64,000 nt of DNA from the NCBI GenBank assembly GCA_963720565.1, contig CAVRFW010000005.1:160001-224000 (forward strand), given 5' to 3'. Below are positions 49,648 to 59,553 of the stretch, piece by piece (position 1 is the first letter of the stretch; every line of letters begins with the position of its first letter). A model generated the notes under the pieces. The model was not told the origin of the DNA and made no database searches. It was given only the letters and a program-made list of their open reading frames with translations. The translations under genes were made by a program, and so were the position numbers. The stretch comes from Candidatus Bathyarchaeota archaeon (GTDB taxonomy: Archaea; Thermoproteota; Bathyarchaeia; Bathyarchaeales; Bathycorpusculaceae).

Positions 49648-51219
49648 TTGGAAGTGAACATCGTAAGTGATGAAAAATGGGGTATTGCTTTATCTAATCG
49701 CTTCCCTGAGAAGATAAGAATTTTTGACACCACCCTAAGAGATGGGGAACAGACCCCTGGAGTATCTTTAACACCTGAAAATAAACTGCGGATAGCGCAG
49801 CGTCTAGACGAGCTTGGTGTGGATGTTATCGAGGCTGGTTTTGCAGCTGTTTCTGATGGTGAGATGGAAGGAGTAGCGCTGATTGCCAGGCAGGGTTTGA
49901 AGGCGGAGATTTGTAGTGCTGCAAGAGGCGTGAAAGGCGACATTGATGCCGTGGTCAGGAGTGGCGCTGATAGTGTCCATTTGATTATACCTACTTCTGA
50001 TCTTCATATTGAGTGCAAGCTAAAGAAGACGCGGGATCAAGTACTGCAGATTACTGAAGACTGCGTAAGGTATGCTAAAGACCAAGGGTTGATCGTGGAG
50101 CTTTCAGCTGAAGACGCTACAAGGTCTGAGAGGGATTTTCTGAAGAGTGTCTTTAGAACAGGAATTGCTGCTGGAGCTGACCGAGTAGTCGCGTGCGATA
50201 CTGTCGGCGTTTTGACGCCTGAAAAATCATATGCGCTTTTCGCTGACTTGCGAAAGTCGCTTAAGGTTCCCGTGGTAAGCGTTCACTGTCATAACGATTT
50301 CGGTATGGCAGTGGCGAACTCGATCGCTGCTATAAGGGGCGGTGCGAACCAGTTTCACGCTACGATTAACGGTTTAGGCGAAAGGGCTGGAAACGCCTCT
50401 TTGGAAGAGATTGTGATCGGGCTGAAGTCGTTATACAAGCTTGATCTTAACGTAAAGACAGACTTGCTTTACAGCACATCACAGCTTGTGTCGCGGCTAA
50501 CTGGGGTTTACCTGCAACCTAACAAGGCGATAGTGGGCGAAAACGCTTTCACCCATGAGTCTGGGATTCACACGCAAGGTTTGTTGGCTAATCCTTTGAC
50601 TTACGAGTCTATTTCGCCAGAATTAGTTGGTGGTACAAGACGAATTTCAGCGGGAAAACACTCTGGAACGCATGGAATACGTGATGCACTCGAGAAGTTT
50701 GGTTTGAATCCGACAGATAAACAGTTTAAAGAGATCTTCCTCAGAGTGAAAAGCGTGGGAGACAAAGGCAAAACAGTTATGGATGCAGATGTGCTGGCGA
50801 TTGCAGAAAGCGTTATGGGCTTAAGCAAGGAAAAACCGATACAGCTGCAGGAGCTCACAGTCGTCGCTGGAGACAAAGTCACGTCCACAGCTTCAGTGCG
50901 ACTTAAGCTTAATGAGAAGGAAGTTTGGGGCGCAGCTATAGGGGTGGGTCCGGTAGACGCTGCCATAAACGCTGTGAAAAAAGCCATCCAAGAAGTGCAG
51001 CCGATTCATTTGGAGCAGTACAACGTCAAGGCGATTACAGGGGGAACTGACGCCATGGTTGAAGTTGTGGTGCGCATGAGGAAAGGCGGCAGAACAGCGA
51101 CTGCGATGGGTGTTCGTGAGGACATTGTGATGGCAAGCATGGATGCAGTGCTCAGCGCCATGAACGTGTTATCCACAGACTATAACGGCGTAAACAACAA
51201 ACCAGCAAAACAGCGTTAA
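49648..51219 (+). CDS. Second LeuA/CimA-family enzyme, probably (R)-citramalate synthase
   Basis: DTTLRDGEQTPG, HCHNDFG, HESGIH; divergent from ilvD; substrate cannot be fixed from motifs alone. Confidence 0.8.
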   Translation: MEVNIVSDEKWGIALSNRFPEKIRIFDTTLRDGEQTPGVSLTPENKLRIAQRLDELGVDVIEAGFAAVSDGEMEGVALIARQGLKAEICSAARGVKGDIDAVVRSGADSVHLIIPTSDLHIECKLKKTRDQVLQITEDCVRYAKDQGLIVELSAEDATRSERDFLKSVFRTGIAAGADRVVACDTVGVLTPEKSYALFADLRKSLKVPVVSVHCHNDFGMAVANSIAAIRGGANQFHATINGLGERAGNASLEEIVIGLKSLYKLDLNVKTDLLYSTSQLVSRLTGVYLQPNKAIVGENAFTHESGIHTQGLLANPLTYESISPELVGGTRRISAGKHSGTHGIRDALEKFGLNPTDKQFKEIFLRVKSVGDKGKTVMDADVLAIAESVMGLSKEKPIQLQELTVVAGDKVTSTASVRLKLNEKEVWGAAIGVGPVDAAINAVKKAIQEVQPIHLEQYNVKAITGGTDAMVEVVVRMRKGGRTATAMGVREDIVMASMDAVLSAMNVLSTDYNGVNNKPAKQR

Positions 51220-51328
51220 GAAAAGCAGTCAAACAAAAAACCTCATTTTATTTCAAAACTTTTGTTTCTAATGCATAGGTATTCGTGAATAGCTCTCAAC
51301 AGTAATGTCCTTAGTTCGCTGGCAAGGA

Positions 51329-52099
51329 TTATGCGCTTGTTTTGGGGGGTGGCTGTATGCGTCTGCCGAGTTTTATGCGTAGGGCTACGCGGTATAGTTT
51401 TCTTAGCGACTTGACTAGTTGTTCGAGGTTTGGGGCGTCGGAGTAGATGAGTGGTATCTGCTCGTATTCTGCTAGTTTTGTGGCTGCCTCGTTGGGTTTT
51501 ATGCGGTGAAAAACTATCACTCGAGGTTTGAGGCTGCTGACGCGCACGATCATCATCGGGAGTACTCCGTCTTCGATGTTTGTGAAGACAAGAGCCCGGT
51601 CAGTTGAGGCTCCAAATAATTGGGCGTATTCCAAGCCTGACAATGCTTCAACTGCTTTTCGGCTGTCGACTACGGTGTAACCGTTGATTTCCTTCACGTA
51701 CTTGTCTGGGCTGGTTACCATTTCGCCGTTTATTGCTCGGCATAGGTATTCGACACGAACTGGAATCGGAAACTCTCTTAGGTCCACAATTGCCATGCTT
51801 GGTGAACTTGTTAGTTTCTCGAATTCTCTGATGAAGCGGCTGCCCTTTTCTTCATCAATCTGTAGAAGCGATAGGACAAACCTTCGTATGAATTTGGCGC
51901 CTGGGCTTTCTCTTCTGCCGCTTTCATAGTCACTTATGACTGCAGAGGATGATAGGCGCATCTTTTCTGAAAGCGTTATTTGGGAAACGGCGAAGAGTTC
52001 ACGCCATCTTCTCATTGTCGCGCCGGGTTTGCTTGAAAGGATTATCTCTCCTGCGATTCTTCTCGCCAAAACTTCTCGGATACCCGGGGAAAACGACAT
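51329..52099 (-). CDS. Archaeal HTH transcriptional regulator (COG1709-like)
   Basis: IAGEIILS..PG..MRRWR..F, ISDYESGRRESPG, GYTVVDS, RALVFT. Confidence 0.88.
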   Translation of the reverse strand: MSFSPGIREVLARRIAGEIILSSKPGATMRRWRELFAVSQITLSEKMRLSSSAVISDYESGRRESPGAKFIRRFVLSLLQIDEEKGSRFIREFEKLTSSPSMAIVDLREFPIPVRVEYLCRAINGEMVTSPDKYVKEINGYTVVDSRKAVEALSGLEYAQLFGASTDRALVFTNIEDGVLPMMIVRVSSLKPRVIVFHRIKPNEAATKLAEYEQIPLIYSDAPNLEQLVKSLRKLYRVALRIKLGRRIQPPPKTSA

Positions 52100-52314
52100 G
52101 CGCAGCCCTTCAAATAGCAACCCCTTCACGGATTAAGTATAAAACTTTAGCGCTTTCCAGATACAGAATAGGCTGCCAGTATTTCCGGTTCTTGAATTGC
52201 GTTTATTAGGAAGTTTGCTCATAAAAACGGGTAACGTTCCGTGTTAAAGGATAGACTACATAGAACGTTACTAGCACCACAGTGAAACAACAAAAAAAAG
52301 GAGTGAATGGAAAA

Positions 52315-52602
52315 ATGGCAGATAAACAAGACTCTATCTTCGTTGGAAACAAACCCCCCATGAATTACGTGCTGGCTATTATAACCGCTTTCTCTTCAGG
52401 TACAGCCAAAGAAATAACGCTGAAGGCTAGAGGACAAGCCATAACGACGGCCGTTGATGTTGCAGAAATTACGCGAAGCCGTTTCCTGAAAGACCTGAAG
52501 GTAAGTAAGATAGCCATCGGTACTGCAGAGATGCCTCCGCGAGAAGGCGAGAATCGATCAAGGATGGTTTCAACGATAGAGATTAGCCTTTCAAAAGAGT
52601 AG
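52315..52602 (+). CDS. albA: DNA/RNA-binding protein Alba
   Basis: IFVGNKPPMNYVLA, LKARGQAITTAVDVAE, VSTIEI. Confidence 0.96.
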   Translation: MADKQDSIFVGNKPPMNYVLAIITAFSSGTAKEITLKARGQAITTAVDVAEITRSRFLKDLKVSKIAIGTAEMPPREGENRSRMVSTIEISLSKE

Positions 52603-52728
52603 CATGACACACGGAAAGAAAATCGATTCAACCTCTCCATATCTTTCTACTATTTTGTTAGCAATGAATTTTCAATAATACTTCAAGAGAAGTCTGCAGG
52701 AATCCTTCTGACCGTTCAGAGGTATTGC

Positions 52729-53596
52729 CTAAGTCTTCTCTTTTTCTCTTGAGTCTAAGTATGACTCGACTTTCTTGACGATTTGAGCGAAAGCTTTTGA
52801 TGCAGCTGAGTTTTGGTGCTCGATTACGAAAGGTGAACCCTTGTCAGAATCAGCACTGACTTGGGGGTCAATTGGAATGCTTCCCAGGAACTGCACGTTG
52901 GTTTCTTGCGCCATCTTTTCTCCGCCGCCAGATTGGAATATGTCTACCTTGTTTCCGCAATGTGGGCAGACAAATCCACTCATGTTTTCAACAATGCCCG
53001 CTATGGGCATATTCAGTCTTTGAGCGAAGGTTATGGCTTTCTGAACGACTGACTCTTGAGAGTTCTGAGGGCATTGTAACGATTACGACGCCGTCCATTT
53101 CGGGTAATAGTTGTGCTATGCTCAAGGGTTCGTCTCCTGTTCCAGGGGGTAAATCTATGAAAAGGATGTCTAGTTCACCCCACACGACGTCTGTTAAAAA
53201 CTGGCGTATCGCCGTCATCTTGAGTGGGCCTCTCCAGATAGTGGGTAGCTTTTCTTCCGGCAAGAAGAAATCTATGGAAATAACCTTCATGCCTAACGGG
53301 CCTATCACTGGAAAGGCTCCCGGGGGTCCTACTTTCACTTGTTGCCCGGTTAAACCGAGGAGTCTAGGTATGCTTGGACCGTGAATGTCCGCGTCTAGCA
53401 CGCCGACTTTTTTTCCATTAAGGGCAAAGGCCGCGGCTAGATTCACCGTGACTGTGCTCTTGCCGACTCCGCCTTTTCCGCTTATAATGGCGATTTTGTG
53501 TTTTATTTTGCCCATCCTGATTCTGAGAATCTGACGCTGTTCCGATATTTGTTTTCCGAAAACTTGTGTGTTTTTTGTTTCTTCCGAATTTGTCAT
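52729..53596 (-). CDS. Mrp/NBP35 Fe-S cluster carrier ATPase, frameshifted near 53050
   Basis: SGKGGVGKST, DADIHGPS, WRGP, DLPPGTGDE, then VENMSGFVCPHCG in the second frame. Confidence 0.92.
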
Positions 53597-53865
53597 AGAA
53601 ACGCCTTCTTTGGCGGAGTTTGTGTCATTTTTGATGCTTAGAGCTGACTAAATAGTTTATGGTCATGTTAGTCTTCGAGAATATGTGGAAAACTGCTTTC
53701 TTAGTAACGACTGTCTATTGCGCGGTAGATAGAGCTCTTGCTATAGAGTATGTTGGTTAGTCTTGTAGTTTCGGGGCTTTTTCGGGAATACTCTGGATTA
53801 GTATTGTTGATTCATAAGTGTTTTAATTTCACACGGTTAAGGTATCGTTTGCAAGGTGAAGTTGC

Positions 53866-54075
53866 ATGAGTGAACAAATCCTCAAAGCTTGCAAGGAATT
53901 GATTGACGACGCAAAAATGAGTTGTGCTGATCTCGTTTTCAAAGAAGTATGTCTTGAAGTTTTGTACAGAGCACGTCACGTCCTTACCGAAAAGCAGTAT
54001 GGTCAACTCGTCGCGTATGCCTCCGATAAACTCACTTTTCAGATTCAGCCAGCAGAAATAATGATTCAAAGATAA
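53866..54075 (+). CDS. Small hypothetical protein
   Basis: AGGTGA SD before ATG; 69 aa, helical. Confidence 0.65.
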   Translation: MSEQILKACKELIDDAKMSCADLVFKEVCLEVLYRARHVLTEKQYGQLVAYASDKLTFQIQPAEIMIQR

Positions 54076-54176
54076 CTCCATCCCAGCCAGTTTCTTTATT
54101 AGCTCTTGGCTATGCGATGCCCAGAAGCAAGGTTGACTTCACCTTGCACCTCCGTTTTCCCTATTTCTTTGTGTTG

Positions 54177-54680
54177 TTAACTCAGTTTGTAACCGATTTC
54201 TCTCAAGAATTTTCTACGTTCTTTGACGTTTTCGTCTGTTTCTATGCCCGTGGTTTTTAGCCCGTCAATGACGCCCATTATTCCTCTGCCTTGCTCTGTT
54301 TCAGCAATTACTATTTCCACTGGGTTCGCTGTTGCTGCGAAAACGGTGCATACTTCGGGTACCTTTTTGACTTTGTCTAGCACGTTAAGGGGATATGCGT
54401 TTTTCAAGTAGATTAGAAAGCTGTGGCCGCATGCGATTTCAAAAGCTTTCTCCGCTGCTAAACGAGTCAGTACTTCATCGTTTCCTTCGCTTCTCACCAG
54501 GCACGGTCCTGAGCTTTCACAGAAACCGATGCCGAATTTGATATTGGGCACAGAGTTAACTAGTGCTTCGTAGAGGTCCTCGACGGTTTTTATGAAGTGC
54601 GCCATTCCCAAGATGACGTTGCAGTCTTTTTCAGGTTGGATTTTGACTGTTCTGAATTCAACCATTCCCTCTATCTCCAT
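54177..54680 (-). CDS. Adenosine-specific kinase family (DUF355)
   Basis: [29 protein letters not shown]. Confidence 0.9.
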   Translation of the reverse strand: MEIEGMVEFRTVKIQPEKDCNVILGMAHFIKTVEDLYEALVNSVPNIKFGIGFCESSGPCLVRSEGNDEVLTRLAAEKAFEIACGHSFLIYLKNAYPLNVLDKVKKVPEVCTVFAATANPVEIVIAETEQGRGIMGVIDGLKTTGIETDENVKERRKFLREIGYKLS

Positions 54681-54919
54681 TAGTAGTTTAACGGTTTATC
54701 TTGCTTTAGAATCTGTGCCTTTGGGTTTCAGTTTAGCGGTTTTGACAGAAGACATGATTAGCTGGTGACAAAATACTCCAACGAGTCATGCCTTAAAAAA
54801 AGCTTGTTTTGCGGAATAGTCTAAGACAAATTTTATATGTTACTTTTGCTTGGCTATGTCCGTCGTGCAAGAAGCGATTTTTGCATGCCAATCAAAGAGA
54901 TAAGGAGTTGAAATAGTTA

Positions 54920-55060
54920 ATGGCCGAGAAAGAGATGCACAAGGCGACCTGTTCTGAATGCGGTCAGGAATGCGAAGTTCCGTTCAAACCTGATCCGAAT
55001 AGGCCTGTCTATTGCCGAGAATGCTGGTCTAAGAAACGACCCCCAAGAAGGCGCTATTAA
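54920..55060 (+). CDS. CxxC-x17-CxxC zinc-ribbon protein (46 aa, missing from ORF track)
   Basis: MAEKEMHKATCSECGQECEVPFKPDPNRPVYCRECWSKKRPPRRRY*; AAGGAG SD. Confidence 0.92.
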   Translation: MAEKEMHKATCSECGQECEVPFKPDPNRPVYCRECWSKKRPPRRRY

Positions 55061-55204
55061 GCTTCTAAAGATTATTCGGTAAACCGTTTCATATCTTTTC
55101 TTTCTTTTTTTGTTTTCATTGTTACTTGCTTTCAAATAACCATACTTTGTGCGAACAAAACCTAAATATCATTGAACCGTTCTATGAAATCAGAAAACCC
55201 TGAC

Positions 55205-55278
55205 GGGCCGGTAGTTCAGTTGGTATGAACGCCTGACTTGCACTCAGGAGGTCTGGGGTTCAAATCCCCACCGGTCCA
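55205..55278 (+). tRNA. tRNA-Ala(TGC), CCA not encoded
   Basis: G3:U70 pair, CCTGA-CTTGCAC-TCAGG anticodon arm, GTTCAAATC T-loop. Confidence 0.95.
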
Positions 55279-55698
55279 TTTGAACAACCACCGGTCATTT
55301 TGTTTCAGTTCAAATCATTTTCGCTTCCTGAACAAAATGTTTACTTCATATGCATAACGCGCGAAAACAACTTGCAAATAGGAAGAATTTGAAGAGTCAG
55401 CCAGAAGCTTACAACACCCTATTTTAGTAATAGTTCTAGCAGGTGTTTTGTGGTTGATAACCAGTCCTTAGAAACTATACTGTTTATCAACTTCTTGGGA
55501 ATAAGAACTTTTGAGCCCAGAGAAATCGAAGTAGCTTCTTGTTTTCTTCTACTATTCCAATTCCGTTCTGTTTGTTGTAGTAGTCTGCTGATTTTGCAGG
55601 ACGACTACTTTCAGTTTGGCCCTTCAAAATCCTGCCCAGTTTGGTTCTTCTGCAGCATGAGTAACACTAAAATATGGTTAGTTAACACTACTAGCTAA

Positions 55699-56382
55699 AT
55701 GCATATTCCCGAAGGAATTCTCAACTTATACATATGCGTTTTTATGTTCGTTGTAGCGTTGGTTTTTTTGGTTTGGGCTTGGAGAGAGGCTAAACGCACC
55801 ATGCCTCGCTCTTTCATACCTCTTATTGCAGTAATGAGCGCAGTTGTACTTGTTGTTCAGATGGTGGAGTTTCCAGTCGCAGGAGGCGGAAGCACGTGGC
55901 ACATAATGGGAGGCACCTTGGTGACCACCATTCTTGGACCCTATGGCGCTATAATAAGCCTAACCATAGTTCTCATAATTCAAGCGTTAGTATTCGGAGA
56001 CGGTGGTATTACCAGTTTTGGAGCTAACGTATTCAACATGGCCGTGATAAGCGCACTCTCCTTTTTTGTCGTAAAGTTTCTTTTGCATGGAAGTTCAGGC
56101 AAGAAGCGTCTTGGCGCAAGCCTGTTTACAGCTGCATGGCTCTCTAACATTTTAACCGCTTTGGCAGTTGGTATTCAGATTGGAATTAACCCTTTGGTGG
56201 AAACACTGGGGGGCATAGGTGTTACTGTTCCTACCATGTTGTTTTGGTATGTTCCAACGGGACTAGCGGAAGCCCTCTTTACTGTTCCAATAGTTCTCTC
56301 GCTCTCACAAGTGAGTCCAACAAAGCTTCACGGCTTGAGCATACTCTATGATACAAAACAACGAGAAAAAAACGTCGAGTGA
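55699..56382 (+). CDS. cbiM: ECF Co/Ni transporter substrate-specific component, CbiM/NikM family
   Basis: MHIPEG N-terminus, H..GG, LGP, QAL.FGDGGIT.FGAN..NM. Confidence 0.88.
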   Translation: MHIPEGILNLYICVFMFVVALVFLVWAWREAKRTMPRSFIPLIAVMSAVVLVVQMVEFPVAGGGSTWHIMGGTLVTTILGPYGAIISLTIVLIIQALVFGDGGITSFGANVFNMAVISALSFFVVKFLLHGSSGKKRLGASLFTAAWLSNILTALAVGIQIGINPLVETLGGIGVTVPTMLFWYVPTGLAEALFTVPIVLSLSQVSPTKLHGLSILYDTKQREKNVE

Positions 56383-56411
56383 AAATATTGGCCAGAAGCC
56401 AGCGCGGCAGC

Positions 56412-56645
56412 TTATTCTTCAGTAAGTATCAACGTTAAGGTTGACCTTACATTCTTTATTGTTCTAAGCTTATGAGTCACAAGTTCTTTCAGTTTTTCCA
56501 TGGACTCAGCTTTCACTCTCATAACCAAGTCGTAAACGCCATATGAAACGTAAGCTTCCTCTACACCACCGAGATCCTTAGCAATTTTTAGTATCTGTTC
56601 CTCAGAACCCGACTCGACATTGAATAAGACAAATGCACTTGGCAT
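56412..56645 (-). CDS. Stand-alone Lrp/AsnC ligand-binding (RAM) domain protein
   Basis: AFVLFNV...YGVYDLV...VRSTLTL. Confidence 0.88.
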   Translation of the reverse strand: MPSAFVLFNVESGSEEQILKIAKDLGGVEEAYVSYGVYDLVMRVKAESMEKLKELVTHKLRTIKNVRSTLTLILTEE

Positions 56646-56729
56646 TTCAGTTTTCCTCGCGAAGAGGTAACTCTCTAGAGTAATTAAACTATTCTACCCT
56701 TTTGTTAAGAAACCCTTCTTGAGAGGAGA

Positions 56730-57203
56730 TCAGACGGTGCATTGTCTCTGAAACAACAGTTCTAGTTGATGTACGCTCAGGTTTTTTTTCTGGTCCTCAC
56801 GGATTTCCTTCATAGACTCGTACTGCGCTTCAACCAGAATCTTTAACGCATCAATATTTTTCTTTATGTCCTCTATCTCCGCGCTCTTGTTGAGAACCTG
56901 AGATTGAGCTAGCTGTTCATTGATGTTGCCTACTGATATTTCCAATACCCTTACCTTGAAAGCAAATATCTGAAGAGTATACAACAAGCTTAACTGAGAA
57001 GACAACCTTTCCAAACGATCCAACTCGAGGGTTTTTCCAACGAATGCTTTGATCTTTTGTTCTTCCGAGGATTCTTCTGACTGGAGCAGATTCTCATAAG
57101 CTATAACCTGCTTAGAAGATGTTTCTTTGCTTTCGTCCAAAACCCTCTGAGTTCTCTTCGTTATCTTATCTAGCATCTCCAAGACTTCATCCAAATCATG
57201 CAT
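56730..57203 (-). CDS. Coiled-coil hypothetical protein; 3' end possibly frameshifted
   Basis: AAGGAG SD; an alternative frame near 56775 ends ...YIN*. Confidence 0.7.
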   Translation of the reverse strand: MHDLDEVLEMLDKITKRTQRVLDESKETSSKQVIAYENLLQSEESSEEQKIKAFVGKTLELDRLERLSSQLSLLYTLQIFAFKVRVLEISVGNINEQLAQSQVLNKSAEIEDIKKNIDALKILVEAQYESMKEIREDQKKNLSVHQLELLFQRQCTV

Positions 57204-57393
57204 CCCTTCTCTCCTTCGTTAGATGCGCAAGAAGTATAAGAGTTTCACGGAACAAAACTCGAACCAAACATCTTCGTCACATCTGCAGTCTGGTTAAAGC
57301 AAACTTATGGAGACTACTTTGCTCCAAATCTGATTTAGCAAATCATAAATCTCTTTAACCTTACATTTACTCTACTGAACGGTTTGATCCTTC

Positions 57394-58014
57394 TTGCAAC
57401 TTCAAGATATCTTTGACTGGATGAACATCTTTGCAATTCAATACGGCTATCTCGGTATTTTCCTCATAAGCTTGATAGGCTCAATGTCAATTTTCATTCC
57501 TATCCCCTCCGCAGTTGTGATATTTGCCCTCGGCGGTCTAGAAATCTTCGACCCATTCTGGATTGCAGTTGTAGCCGGGTTAGGATCAGCCATAGGAGAG
57601 TTCTCAGGTTACCTTATCGGTATGGGCGGTCGAAAAGTCATCAACGAAAAATACAAGAAGAAAATAGATTTCGTAGTGAAGCTTTTCAAAAAATATGGGT
57701 CAATCGCAATTTTCCTATTTGCCTTCACACCTCTTCCAGACGATTTGCTCTTTATACCCTTGGGCTTAATGCGCTACAGTTTAGTGCGGGCTTTCATTCC
57801 AGCATTGATAGGAAAATTCGCCTCAAACCTCGTTATCGCCTATAGCGGTCGGTTTTCTCTACAAATCATTCGAGACATTTTCGGGGGTGAAGGCGAAGGA
57901 ATCTCAGCCATTATAGGCACAGTTCTCGGATTTGTCCTGTTGATAGCAGTATTCATCATAATGTTCAAGGTAGACTGGGAAAAACGCTTCGCCAAATACG
58001 TAGACGACACTTAG
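57394..58014 (+). CDS. DedA/VTT-family membrane protein
   Basis: YGYLGIF, G..GE..GY.IG, TPLPDD, IGK. Confidence 0.9.
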   Translation: MQLQDIFDWMNIFAIQYGYLGIFLISLIGSMSIFIPIPSAVVIFALGGLEIFDPFWIAVVAGLGSAIGEFSGYLIGMGGRKVINEKYKKKIDFVVKLFKKYGSIAIFLFAFTPLPDDLLFIPLGLMRYSLVRAFIPALIGKFASNLVIAYSGRFSLQIIRDIFGGEGEGISAIIGTVLGFVLLIAVFIIMFKVDWEKRFAKYVDDT

Positions 58015-58111
58015 AGTGCCCAAATCATGAGACCTGCTTTCACAGAGCTCAAACGAAACGGGCTACGCTACCTTTAAAATCGCCAACTGCAACTTTAGCA
58101 TAGGCGCAAAA

Positions 58112-59407
58112 ATGAGAATTATCGCTGATTTGCATCTGCACAGCCGTTACAGTCGAGCAACAAGTCAACAGATGAGCATTGAGGAAATTGCCCGCTTCGC
58201 AAAAATCAAAGGGCTGAATCTAGTCGGCACAGGCGACTTCACCCACCCGAAATGGCTCAAAGAAATACAAGAAACCCTAGTTTCAGAACCTGAAAAACAC
58301 CTTTACCGTGTTGGAGGTCAACATGACTCTCCAGTGCGCTTTATGCTCACCACGGAAGTTTGCACCATCTTCAACTATGAAAACGAGTGCAAAAAAGTTC
58401 ATCACGTTATCCTAACACCCGCCCTCGAAATAGCAACTCAAATTAATGAAGCCCTCCAAAACCACGGCGACCTATCAGCCGACGGCAGGCCGATCCTCAA
58501 CATGACTGCTGCGCAACTAGTTGAGACGGTAATGGAGACCTCGAGTGAGAACATGATTTTCCCCGCTCACGCATGGACGCCATGGTTCAGTATTTTCGGG
58601 GCTTTCAGCGGGTTCGACAGCATAGAAGAATGCTACCAAGACACGGCACGGCACATTCACGCTCTTGAAACAGGTCTATCATCTGATCCCCCAATGAACT
58701 GGCGCCTAAGCAAACTCGACACAATCGCTTTGGTTTCAAACAGCGACTGCCACAGTTTTTGGCCTTGGCGCATCGGAAGAGAAGCCAACGTCTTCGAGCT
58801 TGAGGAGTTCAGTTACAACGAAGTTGTCGATGCCATCCAAAGCAACGACCCCAAACGTTTCAAGTTTACCATCGAAACTGACCCTGCCTACGGCAAATAC
58901 CACTGGACAGGCCACCGTGCCTGTAATGTATCTCTATCGCCACGCGAAGCGCAGAAGTTCGGAAACATTTGCCCAGTCTGCAGGCGAAAACTAACCAAGG
59001 GCGTCGAACAACGAGTTGAAGAACTGTCTGACCGTCCAATAGACTTCAAACGCAACAACGTTCATGGTTTTAAGCGTCTGCTTCCGCTTTCAGAGATAAT
59101 AGCAACGGTTCTGGGCACTGATTCCCCCTCGACACAGGCAGTGTGGAAAATCTACAACCGCCTCATAGAAAAATTCGGCGATGAATACTCGGTACTTATC
59201 GATGCGCCTGAAGATGCATTGACTGAGGCTGCTGAAGCAACCATAGCTAACGCGATTATTAGAGTCCGAGAAGGTTCAGTCCATGTAATTCCTGGATATG
59301 ATGGCGTCTACGGTCGTCTTGTTCTAGACCAGAAGCCTGAGGATAGCACTAAGCAACATCGTCCGCAAAGAGTTCAGCAGTCAAGTCTTTCTGATTTCTG
59401 GAAGTAA
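58112..59407 (+). CDS. Endonuclease Q family protein (PHP domain + Zn ribbon)
   Basis: DLHLHSRYS, GTGDFTHP, PAHAWTPW, ETGLSSD, SNSDCHS, GKYHWTGHR, PGYDGVYG. Confidence 0.92.
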   Translation: MRIIADLHLHSRYSRATSQQMSIEEIARFAKIKGLNLVGTGDFTHPKWLKEIQETLVSEPEKHLYRVGGQHDSPVRFMLTTEVCTIFNYENECKKVHHVILTPALEIATQINEALQNHGDLSADGRPILNMTAAQLVETVMETSSENMIFPAHAWTPWFSIFGAFSGFDSIEECYQDTARHIHALETGLSSDPPMNWRLSKLDTIALVSNSDCHSFWPWRIGREANVFELEEFSYNEVVDAIQSNDPKRFKFTIETDPAYGKYHWTGHRACNVSLSPREAQKFGNICPVCRRKLTKGVEQRVEELSDRPIDFKRNNVHGFKRLLPLSEIIATVLGTDSPSTQAVWKIYNRLIEKFGDEYSVLIDAPEDALTEAAEATIANAIIRVREGSVHVIPGYDGVYGRLVLDQKPEDSTKQHRPQRVQQSSLSDFWK

Positions 59408-59553
59408 AGATTTGCCAATTTCACGTAATCTATCTTCAGCGAAAACAACAAAAGTTGAATACATTTTGATGCTTCGCTTCTTTGCTGGAGCAAAACGATT
59501 TTATTCTTTCGCGATAATGCATATTCCCAATCTTAAACAGAAGGAAGCCAGCT

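Noticed and set aside
55280..55698. Possible cobalamin riboswitch upstream of cbiM
   Set aside because: No recognisable B12-box or conserved core could be found
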